From the NCBI GenBank assembly GCA_964014485.1, contig CAXHAT010000027.1, positions 1 through 51,382 of the forward strand: DNA of 51,382 nt. Direction: 5' to 3'. Below are positions 29,457-39,641 of this stretch, one piece after another. The notes beneath the pieces were generated by a model. That model ran no database searches and had not been told where the DNA came from. It saw only the letters and a list, made by a program, of their open reading frames with translations. The DNA comes from an uncultured Deferribacteres bacterium. Lineage in GTDB: Bacteria; Zhuqueibacterota; Zhuqueibacteria; Zhuqueibacterales; Geothermadaptataceae. The position numbers and the translations under genes were made by a program. How positions within the stretch are numbered: position 1 is the stretch's first letter; each line of letters starts with the position of its first letter.

Positions 29457-32400
29457 ATGAAGCGTTTAAAGATCGCATTTCTGGCCGTATTGATGCTGAA
29501 CCTGCCTTTTTTGAAAGTTTTCGCGCAAACCTCAGCATACAAATTCTTGCAAAAAACGCCGCCTTTTTCAGTTCAGCACAGCACTGAGTCTCACAGGCGG
29601 CCTGGAGTTGGTCATACGGAGTTGTTGCTGCGAACCGGTGAAACGCATTCCTATGCGCATAATCTTGCCGAAGAGCAAAAGTATATCATTGAATTCCAGG
29701 AAGAGCCGCTTTTTATTTCCCGAATCAATCAGGACGCTCGCGCTCTGAATGCGACGTTTTATGTCAATCGAATGTCTGAATTTCAAGCCGACCTGAACAC
29801 CGTCTACACACAAACCCTTGCAAGTTTGTCGGTGAATTTAACGTCGCCGCAGCTCGACAAGACCTTCCATAAAGTCTTTTTTGGCGCTAGCGTCAAGACG
29901 CCGCGCGCACTGATCGGAGAAATCGCGCGCTTGCCTTATGTCAAGCGCGTCCATCGCGTCAAGCAGGTTCAGGCGCATCTCATGGAAAGCGTCTCGCTGA
30001 TTCAGGCGGATTCTGTGTGGAGTGCTTTTGAGACGCAGGGGGACAGTGTTGTAGTAGCGATTATTGATACCGGAATTGATTTCGATCACCCTGCGCTCGG
30101 CGGCGGCTTTGGGCCAGGCTTCAAAGTTATCGGCGGCTACGATACAATTAACGACGACGACAATCCGGATGACGACCATGGTCACGGCACGCATGTCGCA
30201 GGCATTGTTGCGGCAAACGGCGACAGCATTCGCGGCGTTGCGCCAAATGCGCTTTTAATGGCGTTCAAGGCGCTTAATCAAAACGGTTTCGGCGACGATG
30301 ACGCAATTATCGCCGCTATTGAGCGCACAGTCGACCCAAACAACGACGGCGATTTTTCGGATCGTGTTGATATCGCGAACATGAGCCTGGGAGGCTTTGG
30401 GCATCCTGAAGATGCAATGTCGACAGCGGTGAATAATGCGGTTCAGCTCGGCGTTGTTTTTTCTATTTCCGCAGGCAACAGGTTTGGTTTTGGTACGATT
30501 GGCAGTCCGGGAACGGCGGCCTCGGCCATTACCGTCGGCGCTAGCGACAAGGATGACATGATTGCGCCGTTTAGTTCGAAAGGCCCGGCGGCGAGAACGC
30601 AAGCGCTCAAACCGGAACTCTTGGCGCCGGGCGTGCAAATCCTGTCCGCCGACTTGAAAGAAGATTTTATCGCTTACAACGGCACTTCAATGTCCGCGCC
30701 GCACGTCGCGGGAGTCGCTGCTTTGCTTAAGTCCATACATCCTGACTGGACGCCGGCGCAAATTAAGTCCGCGATTGTGAACACAGCGGTTGACTTGGAA
30801 CTGGAAGCGATGATCCAGGGCAATGGTCGCATCGACGCTTTGGCCGCGGCGCAAACGGAAATTCTCGTCGAGCCCGCCGCCTTGAGTTTTGGTCTGGCCG
30901 ATCCTTCCGAAACGATTTGGAGCGTTGCAGACACGATGACGGTTTGGAACGTTTCCGGCCAAGAGCAAACCTTATCCTTTGCTGAAGAAAAATCACCGCA
31001 GGGAGCAAATGTCGCAATTGCGCCAAGCCAAATAGCCGTCGCCCCCGGAGACTCAGCGCAAGTCGTTGTCACGTTGACCGTCGATAACAACGCAGCTCCG
31101 TTTCCTACAGAAGGTTCGCTCGCCTTTGACGGCGCTTTCAGCGTTTCAGGCGCGTCTTCGTCAATCAGGGTTCCCTGGGCGTTTGTTAAAGCTTCAAAGT
31201 TGGTCTTGACGGCGGACTTCCCTGTTCGCAATTTTTATCTTTTAAGTGAAAAGGCTTTCGCGGATCGTTTTTCAGCAGCGGTTTTGGATGAACAAACTTT
31301 TGAAGTGGTCGTTCCCAAAGGAATTTACGATGTTATCATGCGTGCGGAGGGGACGCCTGACGTTTTTCATTTTAGTGAAAATATCGAAGCCGACGGGGTC
31401 ACTGAAATCGTATTCGCGGATTCAAATGCAACGCATCGCATCGAGCTTTCGGGCGTTGATGAGCAGGGCGGGCCGATGGACGCGATTCCAAATGGATACA
31501 CATTGTCTTTGAGGGTATTTTTCCCGGAATCGTCTCTGGCTCGCTCATTAACCACGAATATATCCGGGAGAAGCTTGACGGATTTTAGAAGCACGACGGT
31601 TTCTGAAAGATTCCGCCTGCTTGCCGCGCAATCCAGCCGCGATCCGGGCGTCGAAGGGCATGCGCGCTTCATCGAATACCCGCCACTTCATGGCCTGGAT
31701 TCGAGTATAACTCTGATGAATCAACCGTCAGACTTTTTAGAACAAACCATTAAGCTCAAATACCCAAAACAGGCATTGATTCGCGAGATGTATTTCGGCG
31801 AAATGCACTATTCTTTTCCCCAAAGCGGAGGATTTGGTTATTTTATCTCACTGGAGCGGCAAAGCGTCGGGCTGCGGAGAGTTTGGGAAAGCAAAGTTTT
31901 CCTGACGCCTTCAGCCGACCCGGAGTACGGCTTTACGGCGACAATGGCGGCGTTCGATACAGAAGAAACACGCCTGGACGAATCTCTTTTTCAAACGCCG
32001 ACGTTTCGCGTTGACAGTGGCAGCATCGCAAGCTTTGACGGAGCTTTTCGTTCACAAACCACGGTACGTTCACCGAATGGCGGAGAATTGGTTTTCGGCG
32101 GCGCCCCAATCTATACCGATGCTTTGCATGACAACAACCGTGACGGCGGGGTTAACATTTCAGCATTTCCAAAGTTTTTCGGTCCGCTTGGCGAATATCG
32201 TTCGGTTGACGTTGAACGTTCGAAATATATGATTTTTTCAGAATTTGGCGATACGCTATCGGCGGGCGTTTTGTCAGAGGTCGAACCGATTGAAGCGTCT
32301 CCAGGAAAGTATGTGTTCGAAGCCAGAAATGAGAATTACTTTATCGCCGACGTACAAGGGAATGCGCTTTTAAGAACGACTTTTGATCTCGATTCAGACG

Positions 32401-33191
32401 ATCCGAATCCTCCCGTTTTTACCTCTCTCCGTATTCAAAAGGGCGACGGGGTTTCAGACGGCGTGATCGAGCGCGGACAGCAAGCCGTTTTGCAGTTTTC
32501 CGCGGCTGATTTTCTGGCGCAGGACACACTCATAGCGGAATTCACACTTCAGACGCTCAATTATGCACCCATTGCCGGAGATTCGACGCACGTTTTCATT
32601 CGAGAGTTTGGCGGTGAAACCTGGACGGCCTTGCCGTTCTCACAAATTGGGGAAGAAGCTGCCAGTCCAGCGACGCAGTACTACTTTCTTGCCAAACGAC
32701 GCGGTCTGGTTAATTTTCCGAGCGGCGTCATTTATAATGCGGATTTATCCAATTTTACCCAAAGTGATTCGACCGCCTATGATCTGCGCCTGGTCATTCA
32801 AGACGCAGCCGGAAATACGGCGGATTGGACGATTTCCCCGGCGTTTATTGTTGGCGGATTCGACCCTGTTACCGCCGTCGCTGATGAAGATGATCCAGGT
32901 TTCCACATTCCGCGTAAATTTGAGCTATATCAAAACTTCCCGAATCCTTTTAATCCGGAAACAACGTTTCGGTTTGACTTGCCAAAACCCTCTCAGGTGT
33001 CCTTCGAAATTTATGACCTGATGGGCAGACGTGTGCGTACTTTGCTCGAGAAAAAAATGACTGCGGGCGAATACAGCGTTTTGTGGGATGGAAAAGATAA
33101 TTATGGGCGCGTACTGCCAAGCGGCGTCTACTATTTTAAAATCACGGCAGGAACCTTTAACCGGTCGGGCAAAGCCGTCTTGTTGAAGTAA
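29457..33191 (+). CDS. S8 subtilisin-like serine protease with T9SS/FlgD-type C-terminal domain
   Basis: Catalytic triad motifs IIDTGID, HGTHVAG and GTSMSAPHVAG; signal peptide; QNFPNPFNP...WDGKD CTD. Confidence 0.9.
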   Translation: MKRLKIAFLAVLMLNLPFLKVFAQTSAYKFLQKTPPFSVQHSTESHRRPGVGHTELLLRTGETHSYAHNLAEEQKYIIEFQEEPLFISRINQDARALNATFYVNRMSEFQADLNTVYTQTLASLSVNLTSPQLDKTFHKVFFGASVKTPRALIGEIARLPYVKRVHRVKQVQAHLMESVSLIQADSVWSAFETQGDSVVVAIIDTGIDFDHPALGGGFGPGFKVIGGYDTINDDDNPDDDHGHGTHVAGIVAANGDSIRGVAPNALLMAFKALNQNGFGDDDAIIAAIERTVDPNNDGDFSDRVDIANMSLGGFGHPEDAMSTAVNNAVQLGVVFSISAGNRFGFGTIGSPGTAASAITVGASDKDDMIAPFSSKGPAARTQALKPELLAPGVQILSADLKEDFIAYNGTSMSAPHVAGVAALLKSIHPDWTPAQIKSAIVNTAVDLELEAMIQGNGRIDALAAAQTEILVEPAALSFGLADPSETIWSVADTMTVWNVSGQEQTLSFAEEKSPQGANVAIAPSQIAVAPGDSAQVVVTLTVDNNAAPFPTEGSLAFDGAFSVSGASSSIRVPWAFVKASKLVLTADFPVRNFYLLSEKAFADRFSAAVLDEQTFEVVVPKGIYDVIMRAEGTPDVFHFSENIEADGVTEIVFADSNATHRIELSGVDEQGGPMDAIPNGYTLSLRVFFPESSLARSLTTNISGRSLTDFRSTTVSERFRLLAAQSSRDPGVEGHARFIEYPPLHGLDSSITLMNQPSDFLEQTIKLKYPKQALIREMYFGEMHYSFPQSGGFGYFISLERQSVGLRRVWESKVFLTPSADPEYGFTATMAAFDTEETRLDESLFQTPTFRVDSGSIASFDGAFRSQTTVRSPNGGELVFGGAPIYTDALHDNNRDGGVNISAFPKFFGPLGEYRSVDVERSKYMIFSEFGDTLSAGVLSEVEPIEASPGKYVFEARNENYFIADVQGNALLRTTFDLDSDDPNPPVFTSLRIQKGDGVSDGVIERGQQAVLQFSAADFLAQDTLIAEFTLQTLNYAPIAGDSTHVFIREFGGETWTALPFSQIGEEAASPATQYYFLAKRRGLVNFPSGVIYNADLSNFTQSDSTAYDLRLVIQDAAGNTADWTISPAFIVGGFDPVTAVADEDDPGFHIPRKFELYQNFPNPFNPETTFRFDLPKPSQVSFEIYDLMGRRVRTLLEKKMTAGEYSVLWDGKDNYGRVLPSGVYYFKITAGTFNRSGKAVLLK

Positions 33192-33256
33192 TGCCTGAAA
33201 AGCGCATATTTGTTTCTAACACACGGCTTTGTCCTGCGGCAAGAGAATAGAGAAGA

Positions 33257-33982
33257 CTATTCGGTAGATTCTTCTTCTTGTTCGAATTCTCCAATCTCTT
33301 TCAAAAAAGCCGCCGCATCAGCAATGCTTTTCCCGGCCATGTCTCCTGAAGCAAGACCGTTTCGAATCTTTTTCAGCAAAGGAGACGACGGCTCTTTGTC
33401 GGCAAATTTTATCGAAAGCCAGATTCCAAATGACACGCAGGTGATTCCGAAGCCGAACATGAACAGCAGCCAGGTTTCGTTGAAGTAAAGATAAAAGTCA
33501 AAATCCCAAAAGACTTTCAAAGCGACGATCAACACCGGCAGCCACAAAAAGCCGTAGGCGAAACGCGTGACGCTAAGATAGCGCAGGCGGTAGATCGTCA
33601 GTTTTTCCAGCTTCTTTTGGATTTCAATGACGGGAAGATCATAGCTCATTTCACCGCCTTCGCTCGTCGGTAAAACGACGGAAAGCTGGTAGCCGCTGAA
33701 CACGACTTGCAGCATGGCGAACGGCCAAATCAAAGCAGCGGTTGCGGCGTACCACGGCTCATCGAAGCGTCCCACGATAAAAAAGCTGAGAAACATTACG
33801 GCAATGAGTCCAATGGCCAAGCCAAACGAGGGCGTTTTGATAAATTTGCTGATCGCCGACTTGGTCTTGTCAATTTTCATGGTATTCACAAGCCGCAAAT
33901 TTAATTGCACTTGCTTTTCCAGCTTTTGGTCGTATTCACGCCAAAGGTCTTTCATATTTTCCAGTTCCATTTTTCGCTCCAA
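33257..33982 (-). CDS. Four-TM membrane protein, putative anti-sigma factor
   Basis: Directly downstream of the ECF sigma; MELENMKDLW N-terminus; about 4 TM helices. Confidence 0.6.
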   Translation of the reverse strand: MERKMELENMKDLWREYDQKLEKQVQLNLRLVNTMKIDKTKSAISKFIKTPSFGLAIGLIAVMFLSFFIVGRFDEPWYAATAALIWPFAMLQVVFSGYQLSVVLPTSEGGEMSYDLPVIEIQKKLEKLTIYRLRYLSVTRFAYGFLWLPVLIVALKVFWDFDFYLYFNETWLLFMFGFGITCVSFGIWLSIKFADKEPSSPLLKKIRNGLASGDMAGKSIADAAAFLKEIGEFEQEEESTE

Positions 33983-33985
33983 ATA

Positions 33986-34501
33986 TTATGCGTTTTGATA
34001 AGCACGAAATTCATTTTTAAGTTTTAGCTTAATGCGGCTGATTTTCGTCGCCACATTGGTTTGTGAAATCCCCAATATTTCTGACATCTCTTTGTGGCTG
34101 TGATCGTCGAGATAGAGCAGCATGAGCGCCTTATTGAGTGTGCCCAGTCTATTTATGAACCTGTGCAAAAGTTGAATATCCGGGTTCTGCTCTTCCGCAC
34201 CCGATGCGTCGTCAACGATTCCCAGAACGCTTTCTTCCATTGTCGCCGAAACCCGTTTGCGCCGCGATTCGCTTCTATAAAACGAAATTGATACATTGAG
34301 CGCGATCCGGTAAAGCCAGGTCGAAAACTTGAAACGTTCATCATAGCGCGGAAACGCCCGCCATAGCTGCACCAGAATCTCCTGCTCCAAATCACGACGC
34401 GTTTCCGCGTCTCGGCAGTAAGCGTTACTGATCTTATAAATGATTTTCTTGTTTTGCTCAAGCAGGCCTAAAAATCTATCTTTTTGTTGTATGTTTTTCA
34501 T
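33986..34501 (-). CDS. ECF RNA polymerase sigma factor (ECF22-like)
   Basis: DLEQEILVQLW, FSTWLYRIALN (region 2) and SHKEMSEILGISQTNVATKISRIK (region 4). Confidence 0.92.
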   Translation of the reverse strand: MKNIQQKDRFLGLLEQNKKIIYKISNAYCRDAETRRDLEQEILVQLWRAFPRYDERFKFSTWLYRIALNVSISFYRSESRRKRVSATMEESVLGIVDDASGAEEQNPDIQLLHRFINRLGTLNKALMLLYLDDHSHKEMSEILGISQTNVATKISRIKLKLKNEFRAYQNA

Positions 34502-34551
34502 CTCGAATTTATTCTTTGTTTATGCGATCCAATTGCATCGTTACACATATG

Positions 34552-34578
34552 ATTCGTAGAAGCGATGAAAAAATCACA
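34552..34578 (-). promoter_or_regulatory. Putative autoregulatory ECF promoter
   Basis: Minus strand TGTGATTT-N14-CGAAT about 50 bp upstream of the sigma gene; matches the ECF22-type motif as I recall it (needs checking). Confidence 0.45.
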
Positions 34579-34635
34579 GCCTTTTTGAAATTTTCGAATC
34601 TAGGATTGCAAGAAATTTGAAATTCTTTTGTAATC

Positions 34636-34907
34636 CTTGTTCCCAATCTCATGATTGGGAACACAATTGTCCGCGAAATTCCGGTTTCGCGTTTGGCATT
34701 TGATTCGAAACAGGAGTTTCGAGAACATATGCGTTACCAATCTGGAGATTGGTAACGAGCCGGTGCGGGGTGACGGAATATGGCTTGTTCCCAATCTCAC
34801 GATTGGGAACACAATTGTCCGCGAAACTCCGGTTTCGCATCTTGGAATGCGCGCGAAACCGAAGTCTCGAGAACAAGTGCGCTACCAAGTCGGACATTGG
34901 TAACGAG
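34636..34907. repeat. Two 124-bp REPIN/BIME-like units upstream of RAYT (34636-34759, 34784-34907)
   Basis: Unit CTTGTTCCCAATCTCAyGATTGGGAAC...GCGAAAcTCCGGTTTCGC...CGAAAC.G.AGT.TCG...CCAA....GA.ATTGGTAACGAG; 24-bp spacer. Confidence 0.9.
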
Positions 34908-34971
34908 CTGTGCCGGTAAGCGCACATTTTGCGTTTTTCAAAGCCAATTACACTAAAATGGGGAGATTGAA

Positions 34972-35508
34972 ATGCGTTCGCGTTACAAAATCACGGGAAA
35001 GGAAGGCGTATATTTTCTGACCGGCACGATTGTCGAATGGCTGCCAGTCTTTACCTCGGAGAAATATTTCCACATATTTGTTGAATCGCTGAAATTCTGT
35101 CGGCGGGAAAAAGGCTTGAAAATTTACGCTTACGTTATTCTCGATAACCATTTTCACATGCTCGCCGCCGCCCCTGAGCTTTCAAAAACGCTTGCATCTC
35201 TCAAAAAAATCACGGCTTCAAAAACGCTTCAAGCCTTGAAGATTGACGGTAAAAAGTGGCTTTTGAATCAATTCGCGTATTTCAAAAAATCGCACAAGGT
35301 CGACAGCAATTATCAAGTCTGGCAGGAAGGGTCGCATCCTCAGCTTATTGTGAATCGGGAGATGTTAACCCAGAAAATTGAGTATATTCACAACAATCCA
35401 GTGAAGCGAGGGCTGGTGGACTTGCCAGAGCATTGGCGGTTTTCGTCGGCGAGAAACTATGAAAGCGGCGACCAAACTATTCTTGAGATCGATCCGCTGC
35501 CGATTTAG
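34972..35508 (+). CDS. REP-associated tyrosine transposase (RAYT/TnpA-REP, Y1 HUH family)
   Basis: YFLT, AYVILDNHFHML (HUH), WQEGSH, YIHNNPVKRGLV (catalytic Tyr) and WRFSSA motifs; flanked on both sides by palindromic repeats. Confidence 0.92.
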   Translation: MRSRYKITGKEGVYFLTGTIVEWLPVFTSEKYFHIFVESLKFCRREKGLKIYAYVILDNHFHMLAAAPELSKTLASLKKITASKTLQALKIDGKKWLLNQFAYFKKSHKVDSNYQVWQEGSHPQLIVNREMLTQKIEYIHNNPVKRGLVDLPEHWRFSSARNYESGDQTILEIDPLPI

Positions 35509-35514
35509 TTGACT

Positions 35515-35862
35515 CGAAACCGGAGTTTCGAGCACAGGCTCGTTACCAATCTCCAGATTGGTAACGAGCAAACGAGTAGGAAGCATTACAGCTTGTTCCT
35601 AATCTCATGATTGGGAACACAATTGTTCGCGAAACTCCAGTTTCGCGTTTGATGCTTGGCGCGAAACCGGAGTTTCGAACACAGGGGCGTTACCAATCTG
35701 GAGATTGGTAGCGAGCAAACGAGTAAGAAGCATGATAGCTTGTTCCCAATCTCATGATTGGGAACACAATTGTCCGCGAAACTCCAGTTTCGCGTTTGAC
35801 GCTTGGCGCGAAACCGGAGTTTCGAACGCAAGTGCGTTACCAATCTGGAGATTGGTAACGAG
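35515..35862. repeat. Half unit (35515-35568) plus two 124-bp units (35592-35715, 35739-35862) downstream of RAYT
   Basis: Same four-hairpin unit as upstream; near-identical 23-bp spacers CAAACGAGTAGGAAGCATTACAG and CAAACGAGTAAGAAGCATGATAG. Confidence 0.9.
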
Positions 35863-35889
35863 CAAGCCGAGCGCCGCGCCGCTAACAGA

Positions 35890-37359
35890 TCACGTATATT
35901 TCACCAAAAAATCCACCATTTTTTTGACCTTGCCTGTGTACGGCGGATAAAGGTTTTTCAATGCGCTGTATTTGTGGTGCTTCAAAACGCCGCGCTCATT
36001 GGAAAACGCCAGGAATCCGTACCATCCGTGCGACTTGCCGATTCCGCTATTGTTGACCCCGCCGAACGGCATGTTTAAATGCGAATAATTCACCATCACG
36101 TCGTTAATGCACGTGCCGCCGGCGGAAGTGTTGGAGAGCACTTTTTCGATATTTTCCTGGCTCTTGCTGAAAATATAGAGCGCCAGCGGTTTTTCTTTTT
36201 CATTGATCACCGAAATCACGTCTTTTTCAAGCGAAGCATACGGCATGGCGGGGAGCACGGGGCCAAAAATTTCCTGCTGCATTGCTTCGGAATCCATCGC
36301 AGGCTTTGAGATCAAGGTTGGAGAAATATAATTGTCGTCGGGGATTGCTTTACCGCCAAGTTCCAGTTGCGCGCCTTTCTCAAGCGTGTCGTCGATGATG
36401 GATTTGATGCGGCGAAAATGCGAATTGTTGACGATGCGAGGGTAGTCGCCGCTGTCCTTCCAGGTCTCATCATTTTCGCCGTAGGATGATTTGACCGCCA
36501 TTTTAAACGCATCCATAAACGCGTCATATTTCGATGCATGGACCATCAAGTAATCCGGTGCGATGCAAGTTTGACCGCAATTCGCAAACTTACTCCAGGC
36601 GATTTTTTGCGCCGCGTCCTCGAGGTCGGCAGTTTCGTCGACGATTGTCGGGGATTTTCCGCCAAGCTCCAAAGTAACGGAACTTAAATGCTCGGCTGCG
36701 GCTTTCATGACGATTTTCCCGACCTGAGGGCTGCCGGTAAAAAAAATGTGATCAAACGGTTTTTTGAGCAAAGCCGCTGACACGTCTTTGTCGCCTTCGA
36801 AAACAGCGACTTCCTCCTCAGGGAAAAGCGCGGCGGTCATTTCGCGGATAAAAGTTGACGTGTGCGGCGTCAATTCAGAAGGTTTGATCATGGCGCAGTT
36901 GCCGGCGGCAATGGCGGAAACAAGCGGACCGTAGGTCAAATTAAACGGGTAGTTCCACGGCGCAATGATGAGCGCGACACCCTTGGGTTCGTAACGAATC
37001 CATGCCTTGGTTGAAGCCATCGTGATCGTTTTGCGGACGCGCTGCGGCTTCATCCATTTTTTGAGATTTTTAATCGCGTGTTTCGCCTCGCCAAGCACCG
37101 GCATGACGTCGCCAATGTCCGCTTCGACCGACGGTTTTTGGAAATCATCATACAAGGCGCGATGAAGCTTTTCCCGATTATCGTAAACGTACGCGACGAT
37201 GCTTTTCAACTTAGCGATTCGCTCGTCCGCCGTCGTTTTTGCCACATTCCAGCGATGCTCTTTTTGCAAAGCGAAAATTCTATCGATTTCCTGTATAAAA
37301 TCCGGCGTTGCCGCCGCTTGAACATTCGGTTTTGCCATAGTTGCCGTGCTCATTTCCAA
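35890..37359 (-). CDS. Aldehyde dehydrogenase (ALDH3-like)
   Basis: PWNYPF, KPSE, FTGS, LELGGKSP, GQTCIAPDY and EIFGP motifs. Confidence 0.95.
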   Translation of the reverse strand: MEMSTATMAKPNVQAAATPDFIQEIDRIFALQKEHRWNVAKTTADERIAKLKSIVAYVYDNREKLHRALYDDFQKPSVEADIGDVMPVLGEAKHAIKNLKKWMKPQRVRKTITMASTKAWIRYEPKGVALIIAPWNYPFNLTYGPLVSAIAAGNCAMIKPSELTPHTSTFIREMTAALFPEEEVAVFEGDKDVSAALLKKPFDHIFFTGSPQVGKIVMKAAAEHLSSVTLELGGKSPTIVDETADLEDAAQKIAWSKFANCGQTCIAPDYLMVHASKYDAFMDAFKMAVKSSYGENDETWKDSGDYPRIVNNSHFRRIKSIIDDTLEKGAQLELGGKAIPDDNYISPTLISKPAMDSEAMQQEIFGPVLPAMPYASLEKDVISVINEKEKPLALYIFSKSQENIEKVLSNTSAGGTCINDVMVNYSHLNMPFGGVNNSGIGKSHGWYGFLAFSNERGVLKHHKYSALKNLYPPYTGKVKKMVDFLVKYT

Positions 37360-37460
37360 CCTCGACGATTAGTAGGTTTTGCCGGAAATCTTTTTTTCAA
37401 AATACAAGCTGTTGCAAAAAGAGCAAACGATTCAGCTTGAAGATCATGGACAACAGCTTC

Positions 37461-38453
37461 TCAGTTGCTCGGTAAGCTTTTTGAGATCAAGTGTGAAATT
37501 CTTGAAGCTATTGCCAGCGCGTCGCGCCCCGCTTTTGCTGAAACTATTGGTGCTCGGTTTTCGCGAATAGAACGGATAAACGCCTGCAACTCCATCAGAA
37601 GCGCGTTACCTGGTTCAGCGCTCAGGCGCTCACGAACAACAAATTTTGTTGTTTCTCCTTCCAGCGAACCGAGCAGTTTCTGCTGAGACGAATCGCTCAA
37701 ATTTTGATTTCGCTGCAAAATCAGACGCTCGCTTTTGCCGGAAAGAAAATCGAGCGTCGTATAACCGTCTTTTTCAAACAAGCGCATTTTTCGCCGCTTC
37801 TTGAGCGCGATTCGGCTGGCGGTGATGTTGGCGACGCAGCCGTTTTCAAAAGTGATGCGCGCATTGGCCACGTCGTGCGTTCGCGAGACCACGGCTGCGC
37901 CGCTGGCGTCAATTTTTTGTACCGGGCTTCGCGTAAAATTTAGAATCAGATCAAGGTCGTGAATCATCAAATCCAACACTACGTCCACGTCCGTGCCGCG
38001 CGAATTGAACGGCGCCAATCTCTGACTTTCGATAAACACAGGCTGCAGCGACAAGCCGTTTACCGCACGCATCGCCGCATTGAAACGTTCGATATGCCCA
38101 ACTTGAATGAGACGTTCTTTTTTCTCAGCCAATGCGATCAAATCATCCGCTTCCGCCACGGTTTTTGTTATCGGTTTTTCGATGAAAACGTGCTTTCCGC
38201 AATTTAATGCCGCCCGCGCCAAAGCATGGTGGGCGGTCGTGGGCGTCACGATATTGACGGCCTCGATGCGGTCGAACAAGGCTTCCGCTGAAACGAAATT
38301 TTGGCAATTCAATGCTGCGGCTATGTTTTCGGCGCGCGAAGAATCCAGGTCGTAAACGCCGATCAATTCAGCGCCGGGAACTTCTTTGTAAAGCTTCGCA
38401 TGCAGGCCGCCGAGGCTCCCGATGCCGATGACCCCGACTCTTGTCTTTTGCAA
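37461..38453 (-). CDS. Gfo/Idh/MocA oxidoreductase (GnnA-like)
   Basis: GIGSLG, IEKP, QVGHIERFN and DVVLDLMIHDLD motifs. Confidence 0.88.
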   Translation of the reverse strand: MQKTRVGVIGIGSLGGLHAKLYKEVPGAELIGVYDLDSSRAENIAAALNCQNFVSAEALFDRIEAVNIVTPTTAHHALARAALNCGKHVFIEKPITKTVAEADDLIALAEKKERLIQVGHIERFNAAMRAVNGLSLQPVFIESQRLAPFNSRGTDVDVVLDLMIHDLDLILNFTRSPVQKIDASGAAVVSRTHDVANARITFENGCVANITASRIALKKRRKMRLFEKDGYTTLDFLSGKSERLILQRNQNLSDSSQQKLLGSLEGETTKFVVRERLSAEPGNALLMELQAFIRSIRENRAPIVSAKAGRDALAIASRISHLISKSLPSN

Positions 38454-38622
38454 AATTTTTCCAGATTAGGTGAATTTGTACGTGTTTTCGCTTTCAGCCA
38501 ATTCAAACGGAAAAACAAGGTTTCGATTATACGATATTTTTCGCTCGGAATGACGCGTTATTGCAATAACTTACATTCACAGATATTACTCAGACAAATT
38601 CATACAGAGCCAGGTTTTTAAA

Positions 38623-39420
38623 GTGAGTTGGAAATTTTTTTTGTACCTGCTGGTTGGGTATTTGGCGCTTTGTCTGCTCGTTTTTGTCTTTCAAAGAAAG
38701 TTGATTTATTTGCCGGGTCAATTTCGCTTTTCAAAAGCGGCGGCGGCGAGCGAAGGTTTACGGCATTGGCCAATTATTGAAAATTTTCAGGGTTTTGTCG
38801 GCAATGATGAACCGGAGAACGCGAGTGGAACCGTCATCGTTTTTCACGGCAATGCTGGTGCGGCTCTGCATCGCAGCTTCTACGTTGAAGCATTGTCGCG
38901 GCTGAGTTTGCGCGTTATCTTGGCTGAATATCCCGGTTACGGCGGCAGACCCGGCGAGCCGAGCGAAGAGGCTTTGGTGCAAGACGCCCTGCAAATTATT
39001 GAGCGCGCACATCGCGACTATGGCGAGCCAATATTTCTTTGGGGAGAATCAATGGGAAGCGGCGTTATTGCGAGCGCCGTCGCCAAAACGAAGGTTCCGA
39101 TAAAAGGGCTGGTTTTGATGACGCCCTGGGACTCGCTGTCGGATTTGGCGCAGGCGCACTACTGGTTTCTACCGACGCGATGGTTGGTTTTGGACAAGTA
39201 TGACAGCATTGAAAATCTGCGCAATTTCAGCGGAAATGTTGCGGTGGTGCTGGCTAGAGAAGATCGCGTCGTTCCCGTGAAGCATGGTCAGCGACTTTAC
39301 GATTCTATCACGACAAACAAGAAACGCTGGATGTTTGAAAACGTCGGCCATAACAGCATCCCGATAGCGCCGCAATTACAATGGTGGGAAGAGGTGATCG
39401 AATTTGTCGCGCGTTTCTAA
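38623..39420 (+). CDS. Alpha/beta hydrolase (ABHD-like)
   Basis: FHGNAG, EYPGYG, GESMG nucleophile elbow, D.VVP..HG and GHN motifs. Confidence 0.88.
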   Translation: MSWKFFLYLLVGYLALCLLVFVFQRKLIYLPGQFRFSKAAAASEGLRHWPIIENFQGFVGNDEPENASGTVIVFHGNAGAALHRSFYVEALSRLSLRVILAEYPGYGGRPGEPSEEALVQDALQIIERAHRDYGEPIFLWGESMGSGVIASAVAKTKVPIKGLVLMTPWDSLSDLAQAHYWFLPTRWLVLDKYDSIENLRNFSGNVAVVLAREDRVVPVKHGQRLYDSITTNKKRWMFENVGHNSIPIAPQLQWWEEVIEFVARF

Positions 39421-39435
39421 GCAGCTTTTTTGCAT

Positions 39436-39461
39436 GGAGTGCGACGATTCATCGTCGCTCC
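39436..39461. repeat. GGAGTGC-type REP-like hairpin
   Basis: GGAGTGCGACGATTCATCGTCGCTCC, just after a stop codon. Confidence 0.5.
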
Positions 39462-39641
39462 GCTTTCTAAATCAAGCGCTGAAGTGTTTGACTCTAGAGT
39501 TGTTCGGCGACGAAGATCGCAGGCGAGGTTGATTCGCTGAATAGCTCCCGTCACGCCTCTTGGTGCTCAAACAAACATCTTTTCATTAGCTCCAGACTTA
39601 AACTCGCTGACAAACGCTTTTATTGCGAACAGTTTTATAAA

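Noticed and set aside
34972..35508. IS200/IS605 element or TnpB-guided system
   Set aside because: No tnpB/iscB; the motifs and REP flanks fit RAYT.
34636..35862. CRISPR array interpretation of the regularly spaced repeats
   Set aside because: Repeats are 124 bp, two spacers are near-identical, and no cas genes are present; the adjacent gene is a RAYT.
34600..35950. Short ORFs over the repeat array (e.g. 34649-34927, 35586-35843)
   Set aside because: They are translations of palindromic repeats with no protein features.
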